Part shown: one piece after another, positions 38,970 to 57,057 of the stretch
Position numbering within the stretch: the stretch's first letter is position 1
How the letters are laid out: every line of letters starts with the position of its first letter
Source of the DNA: Eledone cirrhosa
Taxonomy: Eukaryota
DNA: 64,000 nt
Direction: 5' to 3'
Assembly: GCA_964016885.1 (NCBI GenBank)
Contig: OZ024741.1
Span: forward strand, 46,376,001-46,440,000
Made by a program: the position numbers and the translations under genes
Notes under the pieces: model-generated
What the model was told of the DNA's origin: nothing
Seen by the model: the letters and a program-made list of their open reading frames with translations, nothing else
Databases searched by the model: none

Positions 38970-41900
38970 ATGGATGTGTTAAGAGTAGGATGTTTGAATG
39001 CACGTGGCCTGGGCTCAACTTGGAAGCAAGCAAAGCTTCTAAATGACCTCAGGTCATGTAGTATAAATGTAATGGTTATCTGTGAGACTCGAATCAGCGT
39101 CGTGCGGCAGCTGGCCCCCACCTTCGATGACTTTGAGGTGCATGCATCTCTCTGTCAACCTGGAGGTGGGGGTGGGGTTGTCGTACTGCTGCAAAAACAC
39201 CTGGGTCTTGCCGTACAGGTTGTGCACTCGGACCCGGAGGGTCGTTTGTTGGTGCTAGACGTTGGCAGTAGTGAAAGTGCGGCCTTGAGACTGGTCGCCG
39301 TCTACTCCCCTTTCGGAGCTGAACGGCCCGACTTCTTCCAGCGTTTGGAGACTTTTCTGGGAACGTCGCGTTCCCTGCTTCTAGCGGGGGATTGGAATGA
39401 CATCCTGGATGCACGTTGGGACTATGCAGGAGCATGTCCTAATAGAGGGGGGTGTAACAGCCTCAAGGGGTTACTCGACCGTTTTAACTTGGTCGATAGA
39501 TATCGACTAGATTTTCCAACTGTGCCTACCTGGACTTGGAGAAACCACAGTGGTCAATCTAGATCGTACTTAGATAGATTCTTAGTTAGAAGTAAGGATA
39601 GGGACATATTAAGCTGTCCAGAAATGCGCACAGTTGGCTACACGGATCACAAATTAGTGACCTGCGTGGTCAATCTCGAGAAAACACATAGACAGGGTCC
39701 CGGTTACTGGAAACTTAATTTGTCTTTACCGGCAAAAGAGACTTACAGAAACCGGATTAGCAGATTAGTTAAGGAGAGGTTGACGGGTGCAATCGTCAAC
39801 AACCGATGGTGGGCATCTCTCAAAAGAGAGATTAGAACAGAATCAATAAGTTATAGCAAGATGTTAGCTGCCGATAGGAATAGAAACGAGAAAGAATTAA
39901 CAGGTAAATTAGAAGAGGCAATCAAGAGCGAAGATGTGGCCAGAGTGCTGGCATCGAGGACGGCCTTGAACCAGTTTTTCGATGCAAAGCACGAAGGCTG
40001 CGTCATTCGAAGTAAAATACGTGCTCTAGGTAATGAGGGGGCCAAAGCCGTTGGATGGGCCCGCGTGACAGAAGCTAAGAGTGGAAATCGATCCACCATC
40101 CGGTCGTTGCAAGACGAAGATGGACGAGTGATCCGGGAGCCTAAGCAGATGTGCGAGGCCTTTCAAAAGCACTTTGCCCGATTGTTCGGGGGAGGCGAGG
40201 GTCCGGGCCGGGGCGTGGATTTCGGTCCATACCTCGACGGCCTGCCGCGTCTCTCGAACGAAGAGGCAGAGTCCTGCGAGGGACCAATCTCGGCTGATGA
40301 GATCGGAGATGCGCTGAGCCAATGCAGCAGACGCAAATCTCCAGGTCTCGATGGTATACCTTACGAACTTTATTTAGCAATGCCGGTCTTCTTCTCCGAA
40401 CTCCTCGAAGCGGTCTACTGCAATTGGCAGCAGAACGGGAGAATTCCTTGTTCTGTAGCCAAGGGCGTAGTCACGCTGGTGAGGAAGGACGAGAACAAGG
40501 GGGATAGTATAAATAATTTTCGGCCCATAACCCTTCTAAACACAGAGTTAAAGATTTGGGCCAAGGTGTTAGCAAAGAGGTTGGCGCTTGTCGTGGGTGG
40601 CCTGGTGGGAGATGCGCAGACATGTGCTATCCCATCCAGGTCCATTCACGATAACCTCCACCTCATGCGATACATCATAGAGAGGGTTGGCAACAAACCC
40701 GGCTTCGGTGGGGCCCTGATCAACTTGGATCAGTCTAAGGCCTTCGATAGGGTCGACCATGGTTACCTGGATGCGGTGCTAGCGGCGGCTGGGTTCGGTC
40801 CTGTTTTCAGAGGCTGGATCACTGCCCTACATAGCAACCACATCTGTTCTAGGATCAAGGTGAACGGCTACCTTTCGAAGCCGTTCGAAATCACACGATC
40901 CATTCGACAGGGGTGCCCTCTCTCCTCCCTTCTGTACGTATTGACTCTCGAGCCTTTACTGGGGAAGTTGGAGTTGTTGCAGGGTATCCCCCTGGAACCA
41001 GGATTGAGCAAAGCGGTGTCGGCCTACGCCGATGACGTAACAGTAATGGTATCAACCGACTCGGAGATCGAGGCGATCGGTACCTTACTGGAGGAGTACG
41101 AAGGGTTGTCAGGAGCGAAACTGAACCGGGAAAAATCCATCGGGCTGCAACTCGGAACGTGGAGAGGCAGACCGATGCCTCCTGACGGTGTCGTCGGACA
41201 CTGGACGGAGGGCCCGGTAAAGTTGCTTGGGGTCTGGTTTGGACCGGACCTCCAGGTGGAAAAGAACTGGAACGAGGTTACGAACAAGGTGTTTGCACTA
41301 ACCCAGAAATGGGCCAAGTGTAAGCTGTCCCTAAAAGGCCGGGCGGAGGTGGCGAACATTTACATAGGGTCCGTCACTTACTACCGCCTGACTGTCGTGC
41401 CTTGCCCTAAGGAAACACTCACCACCATGGAACGCATGCTCTTCCAATTTCTTTGGAAGAAGCGTCCTCCTATGGTGAGAAGATCCATCTGCTGCCAACA
41501 ACCTTCGAAAGGAGGGCTGGGGATGCCGTGGTTGATGATGCGTAGGCACGCATTAAGGCTACGGCACCTACAGGTATTCCTCACTGGTCAACCGGTGTGG
41601 GCTCCGTTCGTGAAACGAGCCTTTCCGAGACTCGTATCACTCACCGAGCTACAGTCCTGGGTCAAGCAAAGATCCGGAAAACTGGGAGACTGGCACACTG
41701 AGTGTGCTCAGGCGCTCAGGGCTCTCTGGCAAGCGGGCCGGGCCATCGGTGGAGAATCCACCTCATCATTCTATAGAGGGCTGGTGGCTAGCAGGGGCGA
41801 TGACACCCTTGGAGAGTCGCTGGACATGGAAGAAGACGAACTGGCCAGCCTGTTCGGTAGGACTTTCGGCCCAGGACCAATGGACAACTTCCAGAAGTCA

Positions 41901-42402
41901 CTGGCCTGGCAGTGCTACCGAGGGGCTCTACCCGTTCGAGAGAGGCTCTACAGACACGGGCGCCCGGGCAGGGATCCCTCAAAAAAGATTTGCCCTAGAT
42001 GCGTGCGTCACGAAGAAACCGTAGCGCACGCATTGGTGCAATGTCCGGGCGTGGCTGATCTGTGGGGCTACGCCGAACAACTGCTGTCGCGGGTGGCGCC
42101 GATTAAATTTACCGCCGAGTCCGACAATCAAACCGCCTCCCCTCTTCACAAAGGAAGCAAAGGCGGTTTTTCTGTGCGTAATAGCCATGTTGAAAGAGGT
42201 TGTTTGGTGGACACGATTGAAAGGTCTGAGGTCAGGCAACTTCCTCTCTGGCCATAGTCTGGTCTACTTCTTCCGATATCACTTCGGAAGAAGGATAAGA
42301 ATGGAGAGAGAGGTGCTTGGCCACAGGCAGTTTTATGAAAGGTGGGTGATAGTGGCGAGAATGGCTCGTGTAAATGGGCCTTCTCTGTATACCATCCTGT
42401 AG
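38970..42402 (+). CDS. Tx1 ORF2: AP endonuclease, reverse transcriptase and zinc finger (frameshift near 42120)
   Basis: LNARGL, GDWN, SYLDRF, TDHK, GPGYWKLN, KSPGLDG, FRPITLLN, LDQSKAFDRVDH, RQGCPLS, AYADD, GGLG, CPRC...H...C. A ~5-nt deletion relative to the 54.1-kb copy moves the C-terminus into ORF 42187-42402. Confidence 0.93.
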
Positions 42403-42633
42403 GTAAAGAAGTAAAGGAGAGGGGAGCACCTTCTCCATGTGCTCCCCGGGCAAAGGATTGCACACTTTTTCGGGGGTGTGTGCAACCCCCATCACGTCCC
42501 CTCCCTTTTGAGGTTATTTTCGATTATTTTCATGTTACACCCTTTTTACTCGATTATATGTAAACTCCCCCTTTGTATTTGTCCCTTCTTTTTATGCCTT
42601 TATGGTAAATAAAGAAATCTATCTATCTATCTA

Positions 42634-42671
<38 letters not shown>

Positions 42672-42672
<1 letters not shown>

Positions 42673-42722
42673 TCCTGATGATTTCTAAAGAAAACTGTTT
42701 CATTCTTTAGAAATCATCAGGA

Positions 42723-42723
<1 letters not shown>
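42672..42723. repeat. 52-bp hairpin in (TA)n
   Basis: TTCCTGATGATTTCTAAAGAA aactgtttca TTCTTTAGAAATCATCAGGAA. Confidence 0.9.
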
Positions 42724-42753
<30 letters not shown>

Positions 42754-42843
42754 CTCCAGTAAACTGTTGAGTGCTCTATATCAGTTATAAACTTTTAAGT
42801 TTGTTGGAATCCCAACAAATTAAATATCACTTCTACATATATG

Positions 42844-42903
<60 letters not shown>

Positions 42904-42904
42904 T

Positions 42905-46800
<3,896 letters not shown>

Positions 46801-46818
46801 CAACATATGTATGTATAC

Positions 46819-46864
<46 letters not shown>

Positions 46865-46884
46865 GAGTGTGTGTATGTATGTGT

Positions 46885-46986
<102 letters not shown>

Positions 46987-47136
46987 GCGTGTTCAACAAT
47001 TTTAACAAATTTAAGACTGGTGAATACGTATGTTTGATTACACACTCGGGATGTGCCGGTGTAAAAGTGTATATCTAGAATGCCGAAATCTCACACGCGT
47101 ACTCGTATATATGCTTGTCTGCATATATCTATATAG

Positions 47137-47420
47137 TGGAGGCACGTGGCCCTGTGGTAAGAGTGTTGGAATTACGATCATAATGTCGTGGGTTCGATTC
47201 CTGGGCTGCGTGTTGTGTTCTTCAGCAAAACACTTCATTTCAGGTTGCTCCAGTATAGTCAGCTGAAAATGAGTACCAGCAATAGCTGGAGGTTTAACCC
47301 TGCGATGGACTGGCGTCCTGTCCAGGGGGGAGTCTTGTACTCTCAGTCGCTTCACGCCATGAAACCGGGATAAGCACCGGCCAAATGAGCCTTCTGGTTT
47401 AAGACAGACTTTAGACATTT
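47137..47420 (+). mobile_element. tRNA-derived SINE with a V-domain-like core
   Basis: GGCACGTGGCCCTGTGGTAAG...GGTTCGATTCC; AACCCTGCGATGGACTGGCGTCCTGTCCAGGG. Confidence 0.78.
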
Positions 47421-47756
47421 ATCTATACATACATATGAATATATATAAATAACTAAACATATATATATACATATATATCTATACATATGAATATATATAA
47501 ATAACTATACATATATACATATATACATATATACTAGTACCCGGTAATATTTGTAATAAGTTGTTGCCTCGGTTTGGAGGACTAAGTTGTAGGAGTAGTG
47601 GGTGGGAGGGTTTAACATACAGTAGTAGTATCTCCTCTTCCTCCACTCTCACTAAAACATTTTCTCTTTCCGCCTCCATTGTAAAGATGTTCTTAGGGGT
47701 TCCATTACATATTTTTATTGAAATCTAATTAGCCAGACCCTTTTCTGAATATTAGG

Positions 47757-49675
47757 TTAACGTTTCATCAGGTTCTTTTCTCTATCAAGGAAGAATTCCC
47801 CAACGTGGACGGTGGTTTGTACTGTGATGACGGTCTTTTGACCATGACTAAGTGCGGCCCACGTGCTTGCGACAGGTTCAGAAAAGAACTCACAGCCTAC
47901 TTTAGAGGCTTCAACCTCTCCATTCAGGTTGAGGCTTTCTCGTCTATCTACAAACGAGCATATTTTCAACGACCATTCCACATATTACAATGAAGCTCTT
48001 GCTCGGAGTAGATTTGTCGATAAGGTAGCTTATACAGAGTACGAGAATAGACCTAGGAAAAATAGATCCCGACGCATTATATGGTATAACCCACCATATA
48101 ATATGGAGGTGGCCACACCATTAGCTAAGATCTTTCTCTCCCTTATTATGAAGCATTTCCCCCCAGCACATAAATATAGTAAAATTTTTAATAGAAATAC
48201 TATTAAAATGTCTTACTCTACGACTCCTAACCTGGCACATAACATCACAGCTTCAAATTTTGCTAAATTACCTAACAGTAGGAACACGTGCAACCCTGTA
48301 GCTAGTACTAACTGTAATTGTAGGAATCGGGTTGACTGACCCCTATCCGGGAAATGCCTCTCTAGTAACATTGTCTACAAATGTAAGGTTGAAACACCCC
48401 GTAGGGCCTACATAGGGTTAACCGCCAATAGATTCAAGCAGCGTCTTTACATGCATACCCATTCTTTTCTTAACCCTTTAAGAAGGAATATGACGTCACT
48501 TTCAGTTTATATCTGGAATCTAAAAGACAACCACACCCAATATAAGTTACACTGGGAGATCCTAGCTAGGGCTAGATCGTATAACGGAAATAAAAGACCA
48601 TGTGACCTCTGCGCCGCTGAGACCCTGGAAATACTCTACGTCAAAGACCACATCTTAAACAAAATATCTGAGGCAATTTCCGCTTGTAAACATAAATTGC
48701 ACAAAACTTTCCTGTATTACATCCCCACATTATACCCTAACGGATAGTACGAAATATACGCGGATATTTTACCTCTTGATGTGGTAGCTAAGTATATGTT
48801 ACGTTTATACCATTACTTATTTGTATAGGTAAGTATATTTTACCTGTATGATATGCGTATACGTGAGTTTTGCGTCTGTGTGAGTATGCGGGTTCGTACG
48901 TATGTAGGGTGTGTGTATGTGTGTACTTTGTGTTTTGGTTGACGTACGTCTGCGTACATATGTGTATTTACAGGTGGTATATGTGTGAGCGCGTTTATAC
49001 GTATTTATTTGTGTATATTTCTATACGATTATATAATTATATGTATACGCGCACACTCACACATATATATATATATTTTTTTTTTTATATATATTTTTAT
49101 GTGTATTTGGTGTATACGTTCGTATGCGTGCGGGTGCAGGCGTTGCGTGGGGTCTGTATGTGCGGGCGTGTGTTGTTGTTTTTTTGTTTTATTTTTGTGT
49201 ACGTGCTTGTATTAGCATACCGATTTCGGGTGTTTTCGCGTATGCTTGTGTATGTACGTATATGTATATATTTAATTGTGTATGTACGTGTATGTATATA
49301 TTTAATTTCAATTACCTCTGTAATTTATTTACTTTATTCTTAACTCTGAAGCCGGGAAACATTCGGTTTCCTAATAGAATTTTAGTCTACGACTTCAGTT
49401 ATACCATTTACGTGGATTTGTCATTGCGGGTAATTGTTTTCGCCGCTCCAAATTATGACGAATTATCTTCGGGGGGAGGGGGGTTTCGTTCTTTGCCAGG
49501 GAACGTTTCCACGAACCAAAGTATCGTCTTCCTGTCTTCCTTCGGTTGCAACATTTTTTGAAATATTTACTTCTGCGTTCACAGATTGATTTTTTTAGTT
49601 TCAGAAGATCCAGTTAACGGTGAAAGCAGCGATTCTTTGCTTAAATGCTTAAACTTTAATCTGTTATTTTAATAA

Positions 49676-49680
<5 letters not shown>
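47757..49680 (+). mobile_element. 5'-truncated Hydra-like PLE (RT remnant, GIY-YIG to 48747, long 3' UTR to (TA)n)
   Basis: GLYCDDGL, WYNPP, SYSTTPNL, CNCRNRVD*PLSGKCL, AYIG, CDLC, ACKHK. Confidence 0.85.
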
Positions 49681-49739
<59 letters not shown>

Positions 49740-49740
49740 T

Positions 49741-49848
49741 AGAGAGTCGATGCCCTACGGCTGAGCCGCTTCGACATCAATACCAGACGTTTCTATTTTC
49801 ACTCTACTATCCCAACTATCCAGTACTCTACTGAATAATGGTCTTACG
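49741..49848. mobile_element. Internally deleted family D copy
   Basis: Left-arm remnant GAGAGTCG...ACGGCTGAGC plus the tail CACTCTACTATCCC...AGTACTC...TAATGGTC. Confidence 0.65.
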
Positions 49849-49850
49849 CG

Positions 49851-49882
<32 letters not shown>

Positions 49883-49889
49883 CACAGAT

Positions 49890-49950
<61 letters not shown>

Positions 49951-50675
49951 GAAAGAGAGAGAGTGGGAGAAATAGACCATCAGCTAATAGATTTAGATAC
50001 AGAAATACTTACAGCACCCACTCACACACACCCACACACACACATAGACTCATAAACACACATACACAGAAGCACACAGATATATATACATATAGACGTA
50101 CACACAGAGAGACTTTCCGAGATAACAAAATGGCAGGGAGGTAACAAAAGCTATTCTCAATTCAACCGGAAACTCTCTAATTATAGAGACAATTCGTCAG
50201 ACATGAAAGTGTAACATGATAATTTAATAACATGAAATTTATCACATTACTGCACCGTACTCACCTATATTGATAGCTGGCCTGGAGAAGCTTTTCGATT
50301 TTGGTAAATTCTTTGTTCGAATTCATTCTTTTAATGTTTGTTTTTTGTTTTGTTTTTTTTGTGGAGGAGGTGGGTAGTTTTTTTTCCCTTTTTCTGTGTG
50401 TATTTTGTTTTTAATTGTTGTTTGTTTCTTTTTATTGTCTTTTCTTTTTTGTGTTGTTTTGGGTTTTTTTCCATATTATTGTTAATGTTGTAGTTGTTGT
50501 TGTTGTTGTTGCTGTAGGTTTCGCTTTTAAGACCGTTATTTTCTCTTCAAATTGGATCTGTGCTGCGCTGACTACTTGTGTTGCAAGAAATATAATTTAC
50601 AAAGGAACAAAATATCCATAGGCTGTTTTTATATATGTAAAATATGAGTGAATATACGTGTATATATATATATAT

Positions 50676-50758
<83 letters not shown>

Positions 50759-50808
50759 CACATACAGAGAGCAATATACATAAATCGATCACTCGTTGAC
50801 AGATGTAC

Positions 50809-50884
<76 letters not shown>

Positions 50885-51422
50885 GTCTTTATTTGCCACA
50901 AGGGTGCACAAGAAATGGAACATTACATGACGTGACGGCGGGGTTTTACATAAAATCATACAAACAACTTTAGCAATTAAAATAAACAACTGAAATCCCT
51001 AATAGGGAGGAACATTACTGCGGATTGTTTTTTACCTCGTAGATAGAATAACCCTCAACACGAGGAGCACGTGTAAGTGCTCCCGTCTTCCCTCTTTTGC
51101 CTTCTTCAACCTACAGGTTTATATACTGAGAAGGCCCATTCACTCGGGCCATTTTCGCCACATTCACCCACCTTTCAGAAAATCTACTGGAGTGCAACAA
51201 GTCTCTCTCAACTCTCACCTTCTTTCTGAAGTGGTATTTAAAGAAGGGGATGAGTTGTTGTCAAGACAGAAAGATGTTTGCCCTCAGTCCTTTCAGTCTC
51301 GTCCACCATTTCACTTCTTTCGCCATAGCCACCAGATAGGAAAACTGCCGCTACATCATTCTTAAATGAAGGCTACGGGGTGAACCTCACGATGGACTCA
51401 GCAGAGAACGGTATTCGACTCA
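50885..51422 (-). mobile_element. Tx1 3' fragment (diverged), with (GATA)n on both sides
   Basis: Homologous to 42100-42617 (VAMAKEVKWWTRLKGL...WVNVAKMARVNGPS). Confidence 0.85.
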
Positions 51423-51431
51423 CATAGATAC

Positions 51432-51486
<55 letters not shown>

Positions 51487-51527
51487 TGACAAGCAAGCGC
51501 CCAACCCCCCCCTTTGTGAAGTATCTG

Positions 51528-51598
<71 letters not shown>

Positions 51599-52353
51599 AG
51601 AATAGGATTGGCTGTGTAGTTGCTATTTAAGGTAACTTAAAATGGAGTGAGAATAAGAAGAAAGCAAGAACGGGGGAGTTTTCCTCATCAGTTGTCTACG
51701 GATATTTCTACGCTTTAAAGATAAGATATCTACCGCCCAGAGCGTCAATAATTGGGTAAGTTATTGGGAAAATGGAAGAGAGAGGGAAGGAAAACAAAAG
51801 GGAAAAGGGAAGAAAAGAGAAAACAGCGAAAAAAACAACAAACCGAGCAATGTGCGAGCAACTTAAGGTAAGAAAATATATATTATTCCTTGGTGTTAGT
51901 TAATCAGTTAATGGTTTACAAGTTGCACTCGTTAATTAACTAACCAGTGTGTAGACAGAATAGACCTCTCGATGTTACTTTCCAAGTTGTGATGCAATTA
52001 TTCTGGTCCCCGCACCACGGAATATTTATATAATAGTGAAGAAGTCAGTATATTTGAATCTTACATCACTTCATCGTTATTATATTTCAGTGGCATTTAT
52101 TACGTAATTGATACGGATTCATCAGACAGCTATTTTGTTATTATTTGTTCAACGTGTGATATGATTCTGGCGGGTTTTGTTGTTAATCCTTCAAAGCCCA
52201 GCTGATAAATTTCTGTTGCCACACCCACATGTTGTTCTCTGCCCACTGCATGGTTAGTTGTAACCGGTGAGATATAGAAAATATAAACCCTGTGTTGAGA
52301 AATTATCTGTATTATGTTTTAGATCTGTACTTTATTATACCAAAACTCTTGAT

Positions 52354-52395
<42 letters not shown>

Positions 52396-52402
<7 letters not shown>

Positions 52403-52665
52403 AAAAGAAATCAAAAATGCAACTTGAGTCTTTTTAAGAATATTTATGTTTTTTCCTTTACCGGTTTCACAGTTCTTATGCTTTTTAAAAGTAGAATTGA
52501 GATGGAGGAGAAAAACCACAAACCCTCCATCTCAATTCTACTTTTGAAAAGCATAAGAACTGTGAAACCGGTAAAGGAAACAAATAAGTATTCTTAAATA
52601 GACTCCAGTTGTATTTTCGATTTCTTTTCCTTATACTTTCACTCGTGTAGGACATTTCGTTTTTT
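52396..52665. mobile_element. Fold-back mini-element (arms 52396-52508 and 52524-52635) plus short tail, in TA repeats
   Basis: Inverted arms each carry GAAAC-CG-GTA (HHR 3' half); no CTGANGA. Confidence 0.8.
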
Positions 52666-53394
52666 TTTTATTTAAAAAAAACTAATTTTCTTTTATATAT
52701 ATATATATGGAAAAAGTAAACAAGATAAAATAAATATTTACCAATTTACTTCGATGTCCTGACTGCTGTTTCACTGCGTAATTGCAGTTTTAAATATTCC
52801 AATAATTTAGAATGTTCTCCACTGTCAGGCTTCGCAGCCTCTCAGGGAACTTCTCAATCCAAGAAAAATTTATTTCGAGTTATCCATTACCAGCGATAAT
52901 TTCGAATCACGAGATTACGGTCAATCGTTTTCTAATATTCTTTGAAAGGGTTTTTTCAAATCTTACTTTCATTGATCTTTTACACGAGATGTTTTTATTT
53001 CGATTCATTTTTTATACACTGTTCTCATATTTTTAATGAGCTGCTGTATTTGAATGAGTTGATGAGATATTTTTAGCTCTTTCGTCAATCTTTACTGTCC
53101 AGATGACGTCAAAAAATCGTAGTTAGCTTTCAATCCAGCTACGGCGACGAGTCAGTTATTTAACTAGTCTCATAATTACAAAAGTATTTCGTGGTATTAG
53201 TTCAAAGACAACTTCTACTGAAGGGAATATCTGTCTTGAAGTCCATTAGTGCTACGTTGTTTATTTTAACCATGACTGTTCATGGGTTTTTTTTGTATTT
53301 TGAGATTCATAACATCTGTATAGGATTAGTTTAGGTAGAAGTAATGTAAATAATATTGATTGCTTTTGTACCTATCGTACGTATTACATTATAT

Positions 53395-53579
53395 AATTGT
53401 TTCTATTTTTGGAACAAGGCCAGCAATTACCCAGTACATTACTGGTACTTTATTTTATCGACCCCGTAAGGATGAAAGGCAAAGTTAAACTCGGCGGGAT
53501 TTGAACTCAGAACGTAAAGGGACGTGACTATGCTGGAAAGCATGTCCGACCCTCTACCGATACTGCCAATTCACCGCCC
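53395..53579 (-). mobile_element. tRNA-derived SINE (~190-bp family) with target-site duplication
   Basis: TACATTATATAAT is duplicated on both flanks. Confidence 0.88.
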
Positions 53580-53619
53580 TTTACATTATATAATGAAGAT
53601 AGATATATAGATAGATAGT

Positions 53620-54625
53620 TAACTTTCTTTTTATTTGCCACCAGGGCATCAAAAGAGGGACAAGTACAAAGGGGGGAGTTTACATGCAAAGGCGTCCTCA
53701 ATATGGAGGAGGCAAAAACAAGATATAAAAGTATAAAAATAAAATAAAATATAACAAAATAAATTTTATAACAATATCCTCAATAGGGAGGAGGCGCCTT
53801 GGAGGGTCACACACACCCCCGAAAAAAAGTGTGCAACCTTTCTCGTCAGGAGCACAGAGTGGGGGTGCTCCCTTGGTCTATCATCTTCCTCACCTATAGT
53901 CTGATGTAGAGTGAAGGCCCATTCACACGGGCCATTCTCGCCACTTTCACCCATCTTTCATAAAAACGGCTGGGGTGCAGCACCTCTCTCTCCATCCTGA
54001 TCCTTCTTCCGAAATGATATCGGAAGAAACGGACCAGTTGTTGGCCAGAGAGAAAGGTGTCTGACCTCAGTCCTTTCAGACGCGTCCACCATACAACCTC
54101 TTTCGCCATGGCTATTACGCACAGAAACACCGCCTCTCATTCGTTTTTGAAGAGGGGAGGCGGCTTGATCGTTACAATAGACTCGGTGGTCAACCGGATC
54201 GGCCCCACCCTTGACAGCAGTTGTTCGACATAGCCCCACAGATCGGCAATGCCCGAGCAGTGTACCAATGCGTGTGCAACGGTTTCCTCGTCGCACACGC
54301 ATCTGGGACAGATCTTTTTCGAGGGGTCCCTACCCGGGCGCCCGTGTCTGTAAAGCCTTTCTCGAACGGGCAGAACCCCTCGGTAGCACTGCCAGGCCAG
54401 GGACCTCTGGAAGTTATTCGTGGGTCCCGGGCTGAATGTCCTACCGAACAGGTTGGCCAGTTCGTCTTCCTCCATGCCTAGGGCTTCTCCGAGGGCGTCG
54501 TCGCACCTGCTAACCACCAGCCCTCTATAGAATGACGAGGTGGATTCTCCACTGACAGCCGGGTCCGCCTGCCAGAGAGCCGTGAGCGCTTGCGCACACT
54601 CGGTGTGCCAGGCGCCCAGTTTTCT
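53620..54625 (-). mobile_element. Tx1 5'-truncated copy with GATA repeats on both sides
   Basis: ORFs 54137-54736 and 53894-54130 closely match the ORF2 C-terminus (KKICPRC). Confidence 0.92.
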
Positions 54626-54699
<74 letters not shown>

Positions 54700-54702
<3 letters not shown>

Positions 54703-54901
54703 CAAAGAATGTGTGGTAAGATACCAGATGGACCATAACTCACCATAGTACACGATACTTAGGGTAGTAGAGTGGGTAATAGGAAAAGAGTCAGGACCCC
54801 GACGGCTGTGCTCTGACCGTTTCGACAGCTAGATCCGAACTGTTCGTATCTAGCTGTCGAAACGGTCGGAGGTCAGCCGTCGGGATCCTGGCTCTTTTCC
54901 T
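54700..54901. mobile_element. Hairpin mini-element, family D (tail 54700-54780, fold-back 54781-54901)
   Basis: GACCGTTTCGACAGCTAGATCCGAAC t GTTCGTATCTAGCTGTCGAAACGGTC. Confidence 0.87.
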
Positions 54902-54920
54902 ATATATATATATATATATA

Positions 54921-55324
54921 TATTAATAAAAGGAATTCCAACTTTGTCTGATTTACTCGTTTTATTTACAATCCTTTAAAATTTATAATGGTATTATAAT
55001 GAAATAGTATGGTAGAATATTAAATGTTAAGTGTTAATTGAACAAGTACGTTCATGCTTTCGCAATCTTCAGGTTCATAATGTGTGGTGACAGTCAAGTT
55101 TTCAATTTTGCAAGCTTGACTGTCACCACACATTATGAACCTGAAGATTGCGAAAGCATGAACGTACTTGTTCAATTAACACTTAACATTTAATATTCTA
55201 TCATACTATTTCATTATAATACCATTATAAATTTTAAAGGATTGTAAATAAAACGAGTAAATCAGACAAAGTTGGAATTCCTTTTATTAATATAATCTTC
55301 TATACACAATCATACACACTCGTG

Positions 55325-55330
<6 letters not shown>
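54921..55330. mobile_element. Fold-back PLE-derived element (arms 54921-55098 and 55115-55292) plus tail, with a variant HHR at 55136-55174 and its mirror
   Basis: TGAAC-CTGAAGA-TTGC gaaa GCAT-GAACG-TA-CTT-GTTCA; GAAC replaces GAAA in both arms. Confidence 0.82.
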
Positions 55331-55360
<30 letters not shown>

Positions 55361-55484
55361 TATATGCGTGTGTGTGTGTATGTGTGTGTGTGAAAGGTAA
55401 ACAGAAATAACAATACAATCGGTACAGTATATGGAAGGTATATATTAGGTTAACGCTTGATATAGCAGGAAGAGGGTCTTAACT

Positions 55485-55600
55485 GAAGTTAAAATCCCGT
55501 CGAGGTTAACTTTGCCTTTCATCCTTACGGGGTCGATAAAATAAAGTACCAGTAATGTACTGGATAATTGCTGGCCTTGTGTCAAAAGTAGAAACAACTA
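55485..55600 (+). mobile_element. 5'-truncated SINE (~190-bp family)
   Basis: Homologous to the 3' part of 36423-36611. Confidence 0.8.
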
Positions 55601-55759
55601 TTTTAATAACATCTATCATTTTCGTTTACAATTATTTACATCATTCTTAAACTCCGGAGCTGGAAATCATTCGGTTATTTTAAATACAATATTAGTGTAA
55701 CGACTCCATTTACACCATAAACTTGGTCTTGTCTTTGCATGAAATTGTTCTTTTCAGAC

Positions 55760-55945
55760 AATATAACGACGTATTATCCTCGCTTTTTTCCGTTAATTAC
55801 CAGGGAACGTCTTCACGAACCAAAATATCGTCTTCCTGATTTCCTTCGGTTGCAACGTTTCTCGAAATATTTAATTCTGCAATTGAATTTTTTAGTTTCA
55901 GAAGATCCCGTTAATGTTGAAAGCAGCGATTCTTTGCTTAAACTT
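55760..55945 (+). repeat. Dispersed repeat shared with 49450-49655
   Basis: CCAGGGAACGT..CACGAACCAAA.TATCGTCTTCCTG...TTTCAGAAGATCC.GTTAA..GAAAGCAGCGATTCTTTGCTTAAA occurs in both. Confidence 0.75.
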
Positions 55946-56063
55946 TCTTTCTTTCTCAACCCCTCTCCCTTTTTTCTCATACCCTCTCTCTTTCTCTCTC
56001 TCTCTCTAACTCAGACCCCCTCTCTCTCTCTCTTCCTCTACAGAATGGGAACAATAAAGAACG

Positions 56064-56132
<69 letters not shown>

Positions 56133-56188
56133 TTATATATATATGTGTTTGTGTGTGTGTGTGTGTGTGTGTGAACCAGCGTTCGTCG

Positions 56189-56253
<65 letters not shown>

Positions 56254-56399
56254 ATTATCTTGTACCTCTCTCTGTATAACGACATATCTCACTCTCTCTC
56301 TCTGTCTACATCTCCCTTTCTCTCTTTAGATGTATATGTATATGTGTGTGTGATATATACAGAGCGAGTTGCAACATGTATGTAGTTTCATAGATGTTT

Positions 56400-56930
56400 G
56401 AGGGCAGTGAGAATGAAACTATAAACAGAGCATATAAATAAATTTACAGTAGAGTAACATAACAAATATGTTTTAAATATATACGTAAATAACATTACAA
56501 ATGCCTCGGTAACATTACAAAGGATGATACAATGAAAGATATATTCCTTCAATGCTACAATATTAAAGAAAATGTAAAGGAAGGGGTCAACAACGGAGCC
56601 AACACCAGAGCAAAAGACAGCAATGTCGCGAGTACTGGGCAACCTCTCTAATGATTTTTGAGGCAAGCCAGCACACTCGCAGCGTTGCCTCGGGTGATGC
56701 CGAGGCTGATGCGCTGAAATATTGTTTTAAAAGACTTTTTAATGGAAATGAAGCAAAATGGAAGCTTAATATTGAAACTTCGAACTCATGAATTTTGCAG
56801 GTTAAAATGTTGCTGGCCCGAAAACTGTTCGCGTATTTGTGTATCTTTGCACGTTTATTGGTAACGTAAATAGATAAACATATGACGCCATAAAAAAGAA
56901 ATAACTCGTCTCTCATCTCTAATTATACAT
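56400..56930 (-). mobile_element. CRE-like non-LTR 3' fragment (old)
   Basis: Minus frames give KRAKIHKY and FQRISLGITRGNAASVLAC. Confidence 0.55.
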
Positions 56931-57057
56931 ATCTCTCTTTATACATTTGAACTGAAAAATCTTTAATGAACTGGTCATAAGGTTATTTACTCTAGTAGAT
57001 AACACTGTATGCCAATTACTAATTTAATAATTTAATAAGTGAAGGAACACAAGAATA

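Larger units (their letters stand above)
36795..42617 (+). mobile_element. Near full-length Tx1/L1-clade LINE flanked by (TATC)n
   Basis: 5' UTR, ORF1 with a CCHC knuckle, ORF2 with APE, RT and zinc finger, then AATAAA and (TATC)n. Confidence 0.92.

Noticed and set aside
51670-52130. CTGATGA motifs at ~51690 and ~52120, plus weak ones at ~11910 and ~49600
   Set aside because: Stems I and II or the GAAA element could not be assembled convincingly, so they are not called as ribozymes.
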